A stretch of 60,422 nt of DNA from Phoronis australis (lineage: Eukaryota; Animalia; Phoronida). Numbering within the stretch: position 1 is the first letter of the stretch; each line of letters starts with the position of its first letter. The position numbers and the translations under genes are program-made. This document shows, piece by piece, positions 38,370 through 53,381 of the stretch. The stretch spans positions 1,421,403 to 1,481,824 of the forward strand of contig NMRA01000027.1 of the NCBI GenBank assembly GCA_002633005.1, read 5' to 3'. The notes beneath the pieces were generated by a model. The model searched no databases. It was given only the letters and a program-made list of their open reading frames with translations, and was not told the DNA's origin.

Positions 38370-38822
38370 AATACGATACTCGAAATGAAAAATGTACTAA
38401 CTCGAGGAGCACACACCACTTAGTCATTTTCAAGGAACATTTCCATAGTGTTTTTATTTCCTTTGCGCAGTGACTAAAGAAGGACGCGTGAATCGGCCAG
38501 TAAATACTTATTCAGTGGCGGGGTTGAGGGGGGGGGGCAAGNTGTATAGGCCCTGAACAAACCCTGTTTACCGTTTTTTTTTTCTTGTCAAAAGGTCCGC
38601 AAACCCAAATATTTGAGACCCCTACATTGTGTAGGTTGGGCGCGCGCATCTGTCGAAATTCTGGTTATTCCTGTGCCCTGCCCCCCAACTCAAAATCCTG
38701 GATCCGCCCCTGTTACTTGCAGACGGTTTACGTGTCAATGTGAAAACTAATACTGTAATATAGGCCTAGTACGTTACTAATTCGTGGGGGCGTTTATCTT
38801 GGTCCTGGACTCCCAGGTATGA
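38370..38822 (+). promoter_or_regulatory. Putative promoter / non-coding first exon of ZF2, donor CAG|GTATGA at 38816/38817, interrupted by a MITE
   Basis: Paralogous to 30188-30377. Confidence 0.45.
38513..38712. mobile_element. hAT-type MITE with 5-bp TSD
   Basis: CAGTGGCGG...GGATCCGCCCCTG, flanks TTATT/TTACT. Confidence 0.7.
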
Positions 38823-38844
38823 AATTAACTGAGCTTCGTTACCA

Positions 38845-38996
38845 GGCGTGCGTTCAATAGACGCTAGGACCTACGCTAGGTCTAGCTAAAACCTATTCAA
38901 AGTTACGTGTTCATATTTAAAATACACGGCAATATCTCACGTAATCTATCGAAATCTTGCTTTTTAGTGAGGTTCTAACGTTACTGAAAGGGAGGC
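38845..38996. mobile_element. ~150-bp MITE, copy 2, immediately upstream of the THAP ORF
   Basis: Reverse complement of 16889-17040; possible CAG duplication at 38843-38845 and 38996-38998. Confidence 0.75.
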
Positions 38997-39049
38997 AGGA
39001 CTTAGCCAAGAGCGGAGTTACAACGCCGTCACACTGGAAATAGGTCAGA

Positions 39050-39673
39050 ATGTTGCATTGTGGTTACAGGGGTATTCATGAAACAAGTATGTCGGTATGC
39101 GTGCCGACGAACCGGCTAAGGGGAGGTTATACGTGTTGTGTGCCTGGCTGCTATAATAACAGTAAGCGAGATAAAGAATTTAGTTATCACCGGTTTCCAA
39201 AGGATCAAGAACTGCGTAAAAAATGGATCAAAAATATCGGTAGAGCTGGAAGCAAAGGGCGATTTAGTGAATTCGTTCCGACTTTGTGGCATAAAGTATG
39301 CAGCGCTCATTTTGAGGGCGGCAAGAAAACGTATCTTGGAAACTGTCCTACAATATTTGGCATGAAAGAAACATCAACAAGTACTAAACGGCGGAGGACA
39401 ATGAAGAAATACTTTATTTCGCTTGACCAGAACTCAACCGATCTTAGCAAATTTGAGGATGATTCTACGTTGGTTCAAGAATGTGAAAATCAACTGGACA
39501 GTACACCGGCGTCCGACCTGGCCTATGATCACTGCTATAGTTTACCGGATGACAGCGAAAACAGCCTGTTGAATATTGTTAGGAAAAAGGATGAAATTAT
39601 AGAGAGCATGGGCTCAAGAATACTTGATATAGAAGAAGATCTCTCAAAGGTAAAAAATGAGTTGCTTATTTAA
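39050..39673 (+). CDS. THAP-domain protein (207 aa) with DHxY motif and coiled coil; probably derived from a THAP-bearing PIF/Harbinger-ISL2EU-type transposase lacking its catalytic domain
   Basis: CCVPGC..HRFP..W..VCSAHF..CPTIF is the THAP C2CH signature plus AVPTIF-like box, followed by DHCY and an amphipathic C-terminal helix. AATAAA overlaps the stop. Confidence 0.85.
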   Translation: MLHCGYRGIHETSMSVCVPTNRLRGGYTCCVPGCYNNSKRDKEFSYHRFPKDQELRKKWIKNIGRAGSKGRFSEFVPTLWHKVCSAHFEGGKKTYLGNCPTIFGMKETSTSTKRRRTMKKYFISLDQNSTDLSKFEDDSTLVQECENQLDSTPASDLAYDHCYSLPDDSENSLLNIVRKKDEIIESMGSRILDIEEDLSKVKNELLI

Positions 39674-39947
39674 TAAACAAGAGCAGTTGTATTTATTGGC
39701 TGGACACAGCCGAACAGGTTCGACCTATTTACAGTGTTGGAGTGGACATTTACTACAGAGCTATATACAGACATCTGAATGCTGCAGGCATACAGGGGCA
39801 ATAGTACATCATCATGAAGTTAGCTCTTTTCAAAATACAGCAAATAAAATCGAACGAAACATGCATACATGCACATGAACTTATAATTAAAAACCATACC
39901 ATGACTCTGTGTGCAATTTAGTCAACTGAACATAACTTGAATATACA

Positions 39948-40972
39948 CAGTGGCAGATCTTGGACTAGGATATATCACAAGGGGGCCCAACTTTTTGTCC
40001 GGCTGTAAGCATTTGCGCAAACTGAACCACGATTGTAGATGCGCATGTCACCGAAGTGGGGGTAGGTCGGGAGGGGGGGTTTGCCCAAGAAATTTTTCTG
40101 TTTTTACCTCTAAAAATCAAGCATTTTCCTTGATTCCTGAAGACAGAAGAGGCAAAAAAGAAAAAAAAACAAAAAAGGAAGAACGTGTCGAACAGAAAAA
40201 AATGCAAGAACCTAAGACTCGAACTCATGACCTGGCGGATAGAGCGCGCGAGCGTCCACTACACCATCACAACTTAACTACTAGTCTATTTCTAAGAGAC
40301 CTACTTATTTATGGTCCACAGCGTTTTCGCGCGAAACCTACTTCTTTTTGTAATGCTTATTACACGTTTTATTTTTTGTGCCATCAACTCTTAACAAATT
40401 TGTCGTATTTAAAATAGTCTTCAAATGCCCAAAAGACCAAATCCGTTTTTCGTGTTGGCAATAATGACAGGATTGCTTTGGAAATCGTCTTAGGATAATT
40501 AGGTTTGAAAAAGAGAGTATTGCGAGTTTCTGAGTGATTCACTAAGGCTTCGATTAAAATTCACATCTTACCAGCAGCTTCTGTTTTTTCATTGTCACTC
40601 AGGTTCCATTTTCTTTAAAAAATGAAGTAAATTTTCTTCATTGCACAGTGGAGCAGACGACGAAAACAGAGTCGTAGTGCGCAGCGCCACTGCCGGTCGC
40701 CTGGGATATCGCGGGCGGGAGAGCCTATACTTAGCCATAGTTCCGTTACGAATGCGCCGTGTTCCAAATTTGACACTTGAAATCTTTTTTCATCCTACAT
40801 AATATTAACTACCGGGGTTAAATTAATAAACTCAACATTTCCCTACGCTCTTACTGTTTTATTTTTTTGCGGCAGCCAAGGGGGGGGGGGGGNNNNNNNN
40901 NNNNNNNNNNNNNNNNNNNNNNNGGCAGCCAAGGGGGGGGGGGGGGCAGGCCCCCCCCTAAATCCGCCTATG
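39948..40972. mobile_element. Non-autonomous hAT-type element with perfect 5-bp TSD
   Basis: CAGTGGCAGATCT...AAATCCGCCTATG, ATACA at 39943-39947 and 40973-40977. Contains an N gap. Confidence 0.8.
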
Positions 40973-42677
40973 ATACATATAGGCCTATATATTCATGAAA
41001 ATCTGGCATATGGTTTGCTCAAGTAGCTCTCACCTCACTTAGTCCTCAGGCGTGACGTTTTGAGGAAGTTACGTGAAATCGCTCCTGCTGATGAACAAAA
41101 AGACTACAAGGAACACAAATATTAATTACAAATTTCACCTGATATCTTAATTCCCATGCTATTTTGCAAGTGTCACGTGCTCAGTCTCATGCTAGCCTAA
41201 ATGCCTCAGTCTCGCGGTATAGCTTTGCCTAATGCAGTCTCATGCGAGCCTTTTCCTTACTCGCGTGACTCAGTTGAAATACTTTGTAATTATCACGCGC
41301 ATGGTGAAAAAGTTCCAATTACCAAGGTAGGTAAGAAGTTTTCAAACTTTGGTCCAAACTTTTGAGGGTTGATGAGGTTTACAGGTCATTATTTTGTTGC
41401 GAGAGAACTGGATGGGAAAGCCTATTTTATCTGTTAATAGGTCAATGTCGGGCCTTGTATCCTGTTAAGTTAATGTTAAAGTGAAGACACAAACATTAAG
41501 TCAAATGTACCTTAGTGCTTGACGCTATGAAAATCATCGGGTCGCACTCTGTGGGATCCATCTGAAATCAGGTCGCATTTTTAAAGTCCAGGCTGCATTC
41601 ATAAATTATAGATCTCTAAAATTTACCGCCATTTTTACGTACCAAAATTGATTTTTAAATTGCCAAGAAAATGTTTAGATTATGCTATTACCTGCGACTT
41701 TAAATACTCTCACATTTTAGATCGAGCTTTGAAATATTACATGCATGTAGCAGTGTAAGGCGAAATACCTGCTTTTCCATAATTGTTATTGAAATGCGCT
41801 AGAGAAACATGTTGCAATGCGAACCAAAATCCACCAACTGAGATTCACAAAAGGTGTTTTTAGATACATTGAACAGCTCTATTGTGGCCTACATCCTTTC
41901 GGAGTTTCAAGTGGAGAATTTAATGTCTCGATCAAAGATAGTTGCCAACATGAAATTTTGAATCAGCGCTGCTCTCTAACCGACACAATTCAAGTACATG
42001 ATGAATGCTCCTTGAAAAAAATACACGCGACTTTTCTACTGACCTACTATATGATAATAATCAAAGTCATTAAACGTGCATATAGACTCCCTCAATTTGT
42101 TTGCATTTCAAATTTTCAAAGAATATCCTGTTGAAACAAGTCCACGAAACGTTGCCCAGTTGAATGATGTATTAATGCACGTGAACAAATTCAGTGTAAA
42201 TTTCACAACAAACAATTTGTGTGATATATTATTTACATTTTTAGTAATTAGCTTTCCATGAAATGAAAAGCCTCAAAATAATTCCTATACTCTGTGCCGG
42301 TTTTTATTTTAGAATTAAAGATGTGCTATAGAAATAGGTCAGTCAATTAATACATCATGTGACCCCATCGTGCATGTCAACCGTGTAACTTCTCCTTTTG
42401 TGGAATAAAACAAAGCTGGGATTTTCTTTTTAAACATTTAGAAAAGACGGGCTCTGTAGTGAATTTATGAACTTGTTGCACAGAATGAAAGTTTGACTAT
42501 GGACTGCATGTCAATTCCAACCTATGTGGTTGTTTTAAAGCACTTATACATGATATACCTTACAGAATACGACGTCTGCAGCAATGACTGCAAACAACAA
42601 ACTGTGACTCAAAATTGATCTAGTTTCAGAATTTGAAATTTAATTCAGAGAAGTATATATAAATGATGGGTGGGCAC

Positions 42678-42830
42678 CAGTGGCGGATTTAGAGGGTGGC
42701 AAGGGGGCCATGCCCCCCAAAACTTCCAGATTCCATTTGGCAATTGGGGGGTGCGAATGTCTGACGAGCAAAATCCTGGCTAATACTATGCCCTGGCCCC
42801 CCCTTACTAAAAATCCTGGATCTGCCCCTG
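42678..42830. mobile_element. hAT-type MITE with perfect 5-bp TSD
   Basis: CAGTGGCGGATTTAG...CTGGATCTGCCCCTG, GGCAC at 42673-42677 and 42831-42835. Confidence 0.85.
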
Positions 42831-43427
42831 GGCACTAGTCGGAGCTGTGCATGGGCACTTATTTGAAAATTCATAAAAGTCAGGGTACGCTTGGATTGTA
42901 GACTAGTGCCAGATTGTGCAGAAAAGAATTAATGAAAGGAAAAGATGGGCGCATAGCGGCATAGGTGAGGATGGTCGTTAACCTGGATGTTTAGGGTACT
43001 ATGTAAGAAATTGAAAGATTGCAATGGTAAGAAATATGCACTATTTTTGTGCAACAAACCAGCTAGGCATGACTGCGTGGATATCGTTACCATCTACAAC
43101 ATTTAGCTCCCTGGAATAATTTGCCCCGCTTAAGTTAGAACAATATTCGTTACAATGTTGTCTAAGAAGTCTACGACATGGTCACCTGACAACCTGAGGC
43201 CGGAGTGAAAAGTTGGCGGGGGAAGGATTGAAGGAAGAGAACTATAAACAAACTTGCTAATCACAATTCGTGTACTACTAATTTAGTTGCAGTAGCTGGC
43301 TGTGGGCATGGAACATCGTAGAGTCTAGGGACGACGAGCCAGGCAAACACTGGAACAGGAGAATGTCGCACGCAGTTCCCGGGAGCATTGGTCCCAGAGA
43401 ATACTGTAAAGCAACAACATAATTATC

Positions 43428-43489
43428 GCCTCAGGTTTAAGTTCCTTGACAAATAAATGCCTCAGGTCTAAGATCCTTGACAAATAAAC
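43428..43489. repeat. 31-bp tandem duplication
   Basis: GCCTCAGGT(T/C)TAAG(T/A)TCCTTGACAAATAAA occurs twice. Confidence 0.85.
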
Positions 43490-44629
43490 GCCCGGTTGAT
43501 TCTTTTATGTAGGACACTGTCTCTGATCACTTTTAATAATTAAACTGGCTAGGAGTGTTGTACATAATTTCTCACACTTGAATCACTGGAGTTCATGTTA
43601 CATTTATGCACTCGTCAGCCTCTGAGAAACGAGGACTTGAGAAATTGTTTGCCACTCAAAACTACATTGTTTTGCATTAAAAAACGAGACACATTAAAAA
43701 AGAACGTTACTTGACGACATTTTCAAGTGTCATGATCCTCCTCGACCTTGTGCTCAAACATTGTAATTGATCAGTGGTAGAACCGCAGTGCAATATTATT
43801 GGAATACTGTAATTGGATAACCAGGACCTCTTACACGAAAAATAAATATGTTTTGGCACCACAAAGTTTGGTAAGTTAATTGCTTAAGAATTGCATGGCT
43901 GAAACGTCATTGTTTCACATATTATGGCGTAGTAAGAAACTTTCTTCGACACATCCCGGTGAAAATTCGCAAAAGAAGTCAAAATGACTATTCCAATGTC
44001 AATGATCAACAGTGCATTATCTCATGTTCACGCAACATTATATGTCCAGTCACCTGAGGACAGTTCTCCCGACTGTTAGTGTTGTTTTGAACTTGATTTG
44101 GCAACAATCAAATAATGGCCGGATTCACTGGAGTTATTTGCTTTACACCTGCCAGGCCTCTGCCGGTAAGTGTAAAGAGTCAGCTCGCAGTCATGTTGGG
44201 TATTCCTCATTGCATGTTGCGACTTGATACGTTCCGGCCAAAGTCTCGGCTCACATTCCCAAATTTCAGGTTGCAAATGCGAACAGCAGCTTGTTATGTC
44301 GAATGAACGTTACAAAAATTTCAACCAATCAAAAACTGTGTCACGCCTGTTTTTGTTTTCACTTGGTGAGAGGCTATTTTGAGCATGCACATTAGAGTGC
44401 AATCTGCTTTACTCATCGTTTTTGATTGAACTGTGGAATTTGAGGCACATTGAATCAGATGGTTTCATTTTTCTTCATGGTTGTGTCTTCTCTAAGTTAA
44501 CAGCTTCTAGCTTCAAATTACATTCATCGTTGAATCAAACTCTGTTTGAGATGTGTCATTTTTGTTGTTGTGTCGGACTGTAAGCTGTGTCATGTATGTA
44601 ATTTCTGTTTTCAGGTATTATCTCTTGCC

Positions 44630-46320
<1,691 letters not shown>

Positions 46321-48027
46321 ACAACAAGTACATTGGCATGAATGCCCACATTCTCATGTAGGTTAATGTGTGCAGTGTGACTGTAGGCAGAACGTGAGTG
46401 TATGTGACATACAAAATAAACTATTCCAGAGAAAAGGTACTTGGGCTTCACCAGGAGCTTTTACACTGTATATACCCTACAAGACCAAAGTAATCGGTCA
46501 AAATACCCTTCTCATCATGATAGCTAACTCTGTCAATAACAAAAATGATGACCATCGAGTAGCAAAATTTTAATTGCAGAATGGCTTACAACCACTGTGA
46601 TTACTTCCTTGTTAATTACCATGGATTCCCAGTCTTGAGGGAAGATTACTCTGATAGTGAATTGGGCTTCCACCCAGCCATCATGGTGGAGAATTCTGGG
46701 TCATTTTGTCCGATTGACTTTGGGTCTGCTGTAAATGGCTTTGACTATTTCACTGCCTCAGTTGCCTTTTCCTGACTTCACACAGAACTCCCTTGAATGC
46801 CCACGTCCCCTTTTGGTAACTTAGGTACCTGTCTCTGGTTTGTCTGTTGTACAAAAGGGGGAGCTAAGAGCAATTTTACATTTTGTATTGACCTTTCGTT
46901 TGGCAGAAAAAAAATCTCGACTGCTTGGGTCAAATCTATGACAGCAAAATATTGTGGGCAGTGTTATGTTGCATAATGTACATGATGTGGACTCAGACGT
47001 GTAGTTTCAACTATCTGTTGACGTACGTAGGCATTTAGAACCATGAGGAATTGTGAAGTTGCAGTAAATTTTATGAAGCAAATAATGTTTGTAGGGTCTT
47101 TTTTGTTTGTTGCAGCCAAATTTTACAATTTCCTCAAAATTTTATTGGCATTTTGTAGTGCGTCAAGCCGGAGGCAATTGAGGCATTGGACTTTTTGATC
47201 TCTCAGCTTTAGTTCGCATTCAGCTGAAGGGGCAGTTGTTTTGTGACAGTTGTCTTGTTACTATGTTGGCCAATCCTTTATGCACTACAATTGTATCCCA
47301 TCGTGTCCTTAATTCTTGGAGGGGATTTTTTGTGTGACGGGAAACCCCCCCCTCGGTCAGCATAAAGACAGTAGCAAACCCACCCCTTTCGCTAGCCTCC
47401 TGCAGTAGTAAAACTAACATTTTGTGCTGTTCAGAGGAATAACGGGGGCAGATACTATTTGGCCCCAGAATTGACAGATTTAGGGCATGACTCTTTCACT
47501 GCCAAGCTTTAGTAAGACTAGAACAAATGAATTTCAAATTTTTCCAACGACGTTATAGCGCTGACCACTGTTGTGAAAGTTTTACAGTAGGGCAAACTGA
47601 AGACTTCACCAGTTTCTGTCACAGGCGGTCGAATTTCCCCATGACTCAACCTTATTTAAGAGATAAACAGATTTTGAGTGTCCAACCTTCATGTTTTCTT
47701 ATTGCGAGTGACGTTATTTGTGATGGAGGAACAGCTAAACTCAAGCGCCTGTGGTTTCTGTAGCCATTTCGCTCAATTGATGTGCAAGAGCAATAGGGGG
47801 AGCCTACCATTATTGTCACAACCCTGTTTCCGGACAGTAACAAAGTGGTTTTGGGGCGTCGAATACCGACCGGAGCAGGTCGGCTCAGTCTCAACGCCGC
47901 TTGACTTTTTGACGAAATTTACAAGTGTTAAATAAAATACAGATCCTATACATTTTCCGCTCATACCCTGGCGTTTATTTACCATAAATGCATGAATGCG
48001 ACAATGGAAACTTTGATGACTATAATA

Positions 48028-48926
48028 CAGGACCGTAGGAAGCGGGAGGGGAGCGGGGGGCCACGGGCCCCCCAAAACTTTTCAGGTGTCAGGGTTAAAC
48101 CATGGCATCCGACATAAGCGTTGGGCCCGGAAAAGTCGAGAAAAGACGGCGACATACGGATAAGACTAAAAATTCAAGAGAACATTTAAGAAATCTGCAT
48201 CAGTGCACGGTTTACCTTTTGAGGACCCTGGCCAGGACATGCAAGTCGTTAGGGTCCCCGTTTTCAGTTGCAGCTCAGGTCGTCTAAACGCGTTTAACAA
48301 CGTGTACGAAATCGATCATACATTTACATATATTTCAAAAAATCGAGAAAATTTGTAAAGCGAAGCTTTTGCTGAGCTACTATATAATTTGCTGGATGCA
48401 AAACTGTATTTTTTCAGAGGACCCTGTCAGTAACAAGGGATATAACGGAGGCGTTTTATTTTCTTCTCGAAACTGTATTATTACATGAGAAAAATCGATG
48501 ACCTGACAGGTAACATCAATTGCTGCGCATTTCCTGATATTTGAAAATATAGATATTTTTATGTTTGGGGGCGCCGTCCTTGAAGAAGGCCATTGATGAT
48601 AATCAAGTGGCCACCCTTTTTGTGCTTTTATCGACAAATTCTTGAGGGGCCGCTCACGAAAAGAGGACCCAATGTTGGAATCGATTACCGGCACCTCTAG
48701 GCCTATTTTCCTCTTTTGTGAAATCGTGCAACCGGATGTCATGTTGACGGAGGTCACTCCCTGCCAATTGGTTTGGTATCTCACGGCTGTGCATGGAATG
48801 CACTGTCACTCTTTTTTGAAAGCTTAATCTTAAGGTGTCCCATTTCAGACAGTACCCTCTCTCAGGGAGCAGTTCGGGGGGAAATGTCAGTTTGTCCCTC
48901 TACTTAAATCCGACACTGCCAAGTAT
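48028..48926. mobile_element. ~900-bp hAT-like dispersed repeat, copy 2
   Basis: Colinear with 23124-24001. Confidence 0.75.
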
Positions 48927-49917
48927 AGTGACGAAAGAACTTGAGATTCCAAATTCCTCAGAAAAAACACAAAACATTCGTGCACAGCACAGCAATTCGA
49001 CCTAAACAACCAAAAATGTGAAAAATACAGCAGGATTGCCCCCATCGAAAAGTTGGAAGTTTGAAGAACGTGAAGATCACTATTTGTGAATTACACAAAA
49101 GGACTATTTCCCATGTTTAGTTCTAAAATACTGTTACTGTTTCCCGTAGTATCACAAGAACAGACGGTTACCATGAGTTGTTTGTAAGGAATTCCCACAT
49201 GTGGAAAACACTGCTATATAGGTTAGTATTTTTGTTGACCGTGTACATGTTGAAAGGGGGTAGGCCTACTCAAACTCTCGTAAACATGATCAAAGATTTC
49301 AGCGGGTTTTTGTCAGTGGAGTTCAAGTTTACCTCCTGGTAGGTACCTCTGAAATGTACACCTTATACGAATGCCCAATCTCCCATATTCCCCCACTGAG
49401 TTAAGCATGCATGCGAAAATTTTTAGTTGATTCCCGCTTTTATCTGTCAAGACTGACGCCAATGATGCATTAAAAAGTGACATGACTAGGATTGGCTGAA
49501 CTCATCAAAACAAGGTTAAGTATTCTTAGAAAGTAGTAATTCCAATTTATTTCGGCAGATCACAAAATCTAAATTTGTAAAGTCAGCAACAAATAACAAT
49601 TTACAAAGATTTATCTGGGAAATTACAAGCCTGGCAGAAAAGTTAACAAGTCACATCCTGGTCACAATCGAGCAAACACAGTACCGCATGTTAAAGATTC
49701 GTCAGCTGCAATAAAAGCAATATTTCTTGGATGGGTACGACAGTCGCTAAATGAGTCCCAGCTTGTATCCTGTGTAACTTATAACATATCCCTGTCATTT
49801 GAAAGACTTCACACACAGTATACATGTATGGCCTTTCAAATGTGGTGTTCTTTAATGTCTCACTAGTTCACAGACTTCCTGTTTGAAGAACTTTCCAAAT
49901 GTTGCATAGTTGAATGG

Positions 49918-51075
49918 TCACTCACTAGAGTGCACTTTTGTATGTCTTACGAGTTGATACCTCTTTTTAAATGATTCTTCACAGTTCGTACACTTGTATG
50001 GTTTCTCACCAGTGTGTAACCTTACGTGGGCAGTGAGATTGCTTTTGTCTGAAAACGATTTCCCACACACAGTACACTTGTATGGCCTCTCGCCAGTATG
50101 ATTTGTTGCGTGCCTTACAAGGTGAGAATTCGATGAGAATGACTTCCCACACACAGTACACAAGAAAGACCTCTCATGGGTATGTGTTTTTGTGTGTCTA
50201 ACAAGACTAGAATTCACTGGAAATGACTTCCCACACACAGTACACTTGTACGGGCACTCACCAGTGTGTCCAGCAATGTGCCTAATGAGGTTAGAATTCG
50301 CTGAAAATGACTTCCCACACACTGTGCACAAATAAGGCTTTTCACCAGTATGCAGTCTTGTGTGACCAACGAGGACTGATTTGACTGAAAACGACCTCCC
50401 ACACACAGTGCAAACGTATGGTTTCTCACCAGTGTGAGTTCTTGTATGACGCACAAGATTAATGTTTTGTGCAAAAGCCATTTCACATATCGTGCACTTG
50501 AAAGGTCTCTCGCCAGTATGTATTCTATTGTGGTCAGAAAGATGACTTTTTCGCGAAAATGATTTGTCACAAATAGTACACTTGTATGGTCTCTCACCTT
50601 TGTGCTCTCTTGTATGGTTTGCTAAGTCAATACTATGGTGAAAAGAATTACAACAAATTTTACACATGTATAGCTTTTCCCCAGTTTGTGTTATGTGTCT
50701 TACAAGAGCAGTTCTCTCTTTAAAGGATTTTTCACACATGAAACACTTGTAGGGTGTCTCACAAGTGTGTGTTCTAGCCACAGCCTTCCTTTCCATTTCG
50801 ATCCCCTCTGCACACTCCACTTTAAAGTCAGTTGGTACAAAAGTATTTTCACCCATCAGATACTCAACTCCCTCGCTATCGACGTCGTCTTCACATCCCT
50901 CTACAACCAGGTCACTTGCACTGACATATTGGGTAACACTACATTCAGGATCAGAAGTTTCATTCACGCTGTCTGCAACACTTTCCCTTAACTTGGTCAC
51001 ATCTGAAACTTTATTACAAAGATCAGCAAAAACATCTTCCTTTAGTGCCACCCCATTACATCTTTTCTCATCCAT
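49918..51075 (-). CDS. ZF3: C2H2 zinc-finger protein, 9 canonical fingers plus 1 degenerate, with acidic leader
   Basis: Tandem fingers with TGE(R/K)P linkers. Acceptor TTTTAG before 51083 places the likely start at ATG 51075 (MDEKRC). AATAAA at 49546-49551 on the minus strand. Confidence 0.93.
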   Translation of the reverse strand: MDEKRCNGVALKEDVFADLCNKVSDVTKLRESVADSVNETSDPECSVTQYVSASDLVVEGCEDDVDSEGVEYLMGENTFVPTDFKVECAEGIEMERKAVARTHTCETPYKCFMCEKSFKERTALVRHITQTGEKLYMCKICCNSFHHSIDLANHTREHKGERPYKCTICDKSFSRKSHLSDHNRIHTGERPFKCTICEMAFAQNINLVRHTRTHTGEKPYVCTVCGRSFSVKSVLVGHTRLHTGEKPYLCTVCGKSFSANSNLIRHIAGHTGECPYKCTVCGKSFPVNSSLVRHTKTHTHERSFLCTVCGKSFSSNSHLVRHATNHTGERPYKCTVCGKSFSDKSNLTAHVRLHTGEKPYKCTNCEESFKKRYQLVRHTKVHSSE

Positions 51076-51618
51076 GACAACACCTAAAACCAGAAACATG
51101 GAGTTAAATTATAATTACAATCTGTCTAAACAATAGCTGAAGATAAATTTTAACAAAATGAGCCATGAACTGGGAACTAGAGCAAAGGAGAGCATTGATA
51201 TTCATTCAACAGGTGCATTGCATTAAACACAGATGATCATTATTTTAAACATTGATTTCTCACTAAAATGAACAATGAACTTGAAACAGTCTCTATGGGG
51301 TGAAAAGCAAGTCAACAAATGCCAAATGCTCTCAACCAGAACATACCTGCCACCCCTCTCGGGACAAAGAACCAGCCAACAATAGCATGTGTATTGATTC
51401 AATAATCGCAAAACACGTCAAGTCGCACTCCCAATTTATTTCAGTACATCACAAAATCTAACTTGTAAAACAAGCAACAAATAATTATTTACAATTAATA
51501 TTTAGCTGTTTAAGTACAAGCCTGTTGAAGAAACTTGATAATTCACATTCAGGTCACTTTCAAATAAAAACAAGATGGCATGCTAAATGATTGTCAGCTG
51601 CAGTATTTATGAGAAGTA

Positions 51619-53037
51619 GCGTATTTGCCCTAACAAGCGCCCATGCCCCTATAAGCACCCCCCACGTGTTAAAATGAAGAGCCCAGTCCATGAACGTGTA
51701 CGTGCAAAAAATGCCTTACCTACAGTTCTAAAATTCTACGTTTAACGTCTTCAATTTATCAATACAAAATCATTGAGCGCAGAATTTGTTGATGACGAGG
51801 CTCGCTACTATGTCGGTATTTAGCCGTGACTATACACTTCAAACTTCCGCCGTGCTTCAAAAAGAACGCAAAAATTTTGCTGATCTTGCAAGAAATGTGT
51901 CCCATTATGGCCTGGCCTTTCAGAACAGACACAGCGTACTTGTCAAAGGGATTCTATTGTATCTCTCCCGCACAGATCCTCTCTCTCAAGAGGAATCCAA
52001 ATTTCTTTATACATGTGAAAACTGTAAAACCAAGACTAATAAAAAAATTGACCTTGGTTAAAAGCACCTGGCTAGGAAGCGTTCGCTACATACATGCTCC
52101 TGTCATCAAAGACATTAGTCTTCAGGAACTATCCATGAAAAGCATAGCATTGGCAAGAAATAAATGTTGGCACTAATTTCTGAAAGTTTCTGCTACCATA
52201 AAAAGTTCTCTTTATTTTTAGGAGGAATTATTTAATTAATCATAATTGGTGTTTTCAAAGTCGAAACAACCCACTGATAGTGAACAATTCTGCACCCTTA
52301 CACCCCCCGAATCTCCTGGAAATAACCGTTAGACTGTCACGCATCCAGTCACCCGGCAACTCACTGTGACAATTCTCCAACGTTTGTTAGCAGATGAGAT
52401 CAACAAGTGCTAAATAAAACCCGTTCTGCTTTACTTTTTGTGTTAATTTCTTTAGTTACAGTGTACACCTAGATTGTTTCATTGTGTTTACTCTGGCAAA
52501 TGAACTCTGGTGACACGTACGCGCTCGCTCACTCACATAATACGCAGATGAAATTCAAACCAAATGTAACGTGACAACAACATTGTGTTCGTCCAGAGAT
52601 TTTTCTCGTGTTGCGGGGTATGATCTAGCGCAGATTTGGACTTATTATGCAGTTGATCCAGACTACGCAGAAACTTAAAAATCTTAGAGTTGCTATTTTC
52701 AAAACTTAAGTAGGACTTCAGGTAATTTGTTGAGTCGAAACTGTCGACAATCGCGAGGCAGCGACGCATCAATCAGCGAGTTTTCGCCTTGGTATTTCAG
52801 CACAATTTTCTGAAAAATGATTGTAATTTAACAACGAAGCTTGATAGCAACGCACCACAATTTAGTAGAAAGTCTGTCATAGGTTACAGATATGTCACAT
52901 AGCGTAAATTTGATGAATCCTAGCTTAATATTTCACCCATTTCGGGTTTCAACCGCCTTAGGCTGCAATAAGCACCCCTCCTCCTGAAACAAATTTTTCT
53001 ATTAAAGCGCCCTGGGCACTTATTAGGACGAATACGG
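51619..53037. mobile_element. Non-autonomous Tc1/mariner-pogo element in the ZF4 3' UTR region
   Basis: TIRs GCGTATTTGCCCTAACAAGCGCCCA / TGGGCACTTATTAGGACGAATACGG with TA on both sides. Absent from the paralogous ZF3 3' region. Confidence 0.85.
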
Positions 53038-53381
53038 TAATACCCTTTTGACAAGCAGGACAGTGGATAAATTAGTATGTGTCAATGCGGTAAAATTTCT
53101 TCAGTTTAGGACACAACATAGCTGACAGGAGAAATTTCATTTTGTCACATTTTTTGATAAAAGTAACTTTTGAAGAAAATTTACTTTGCATTTAGCACAG
53201 TTTGTATGGCATAACTATTAATACCAAACAGCATTTAGTCAAATTCTGAGCATTTACAACAATTTGGTAAACCTTTGAAAAATACAAATATGGCAATTAT
53301 AGAATTAGTTTTGGCCTAAATTGAAGAATTTTTACAGCAATAAGAGTTGTGACACTTTCCAAACATTGCATGCTTGTACGG

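Noticed and set aside
39950-40417. 155-aa ORF
   Set aside because: GTG start inside a TIR, with the Lys-rich part from A runs. Lies within a non-autonomous element.
46581-46775. 64-aa ORF after a TTGCAG acceptor-like site
   Set aside because: No recognisable motif, so it cannot be supported as an exon.
51076-51099. ZF3 start at 51099 (MFLVLGVV) from the ORF track
   Set aside because: It overlaps the pyrimidine tract and AG acceptor conserved with ZF4, so it is probably intronic.
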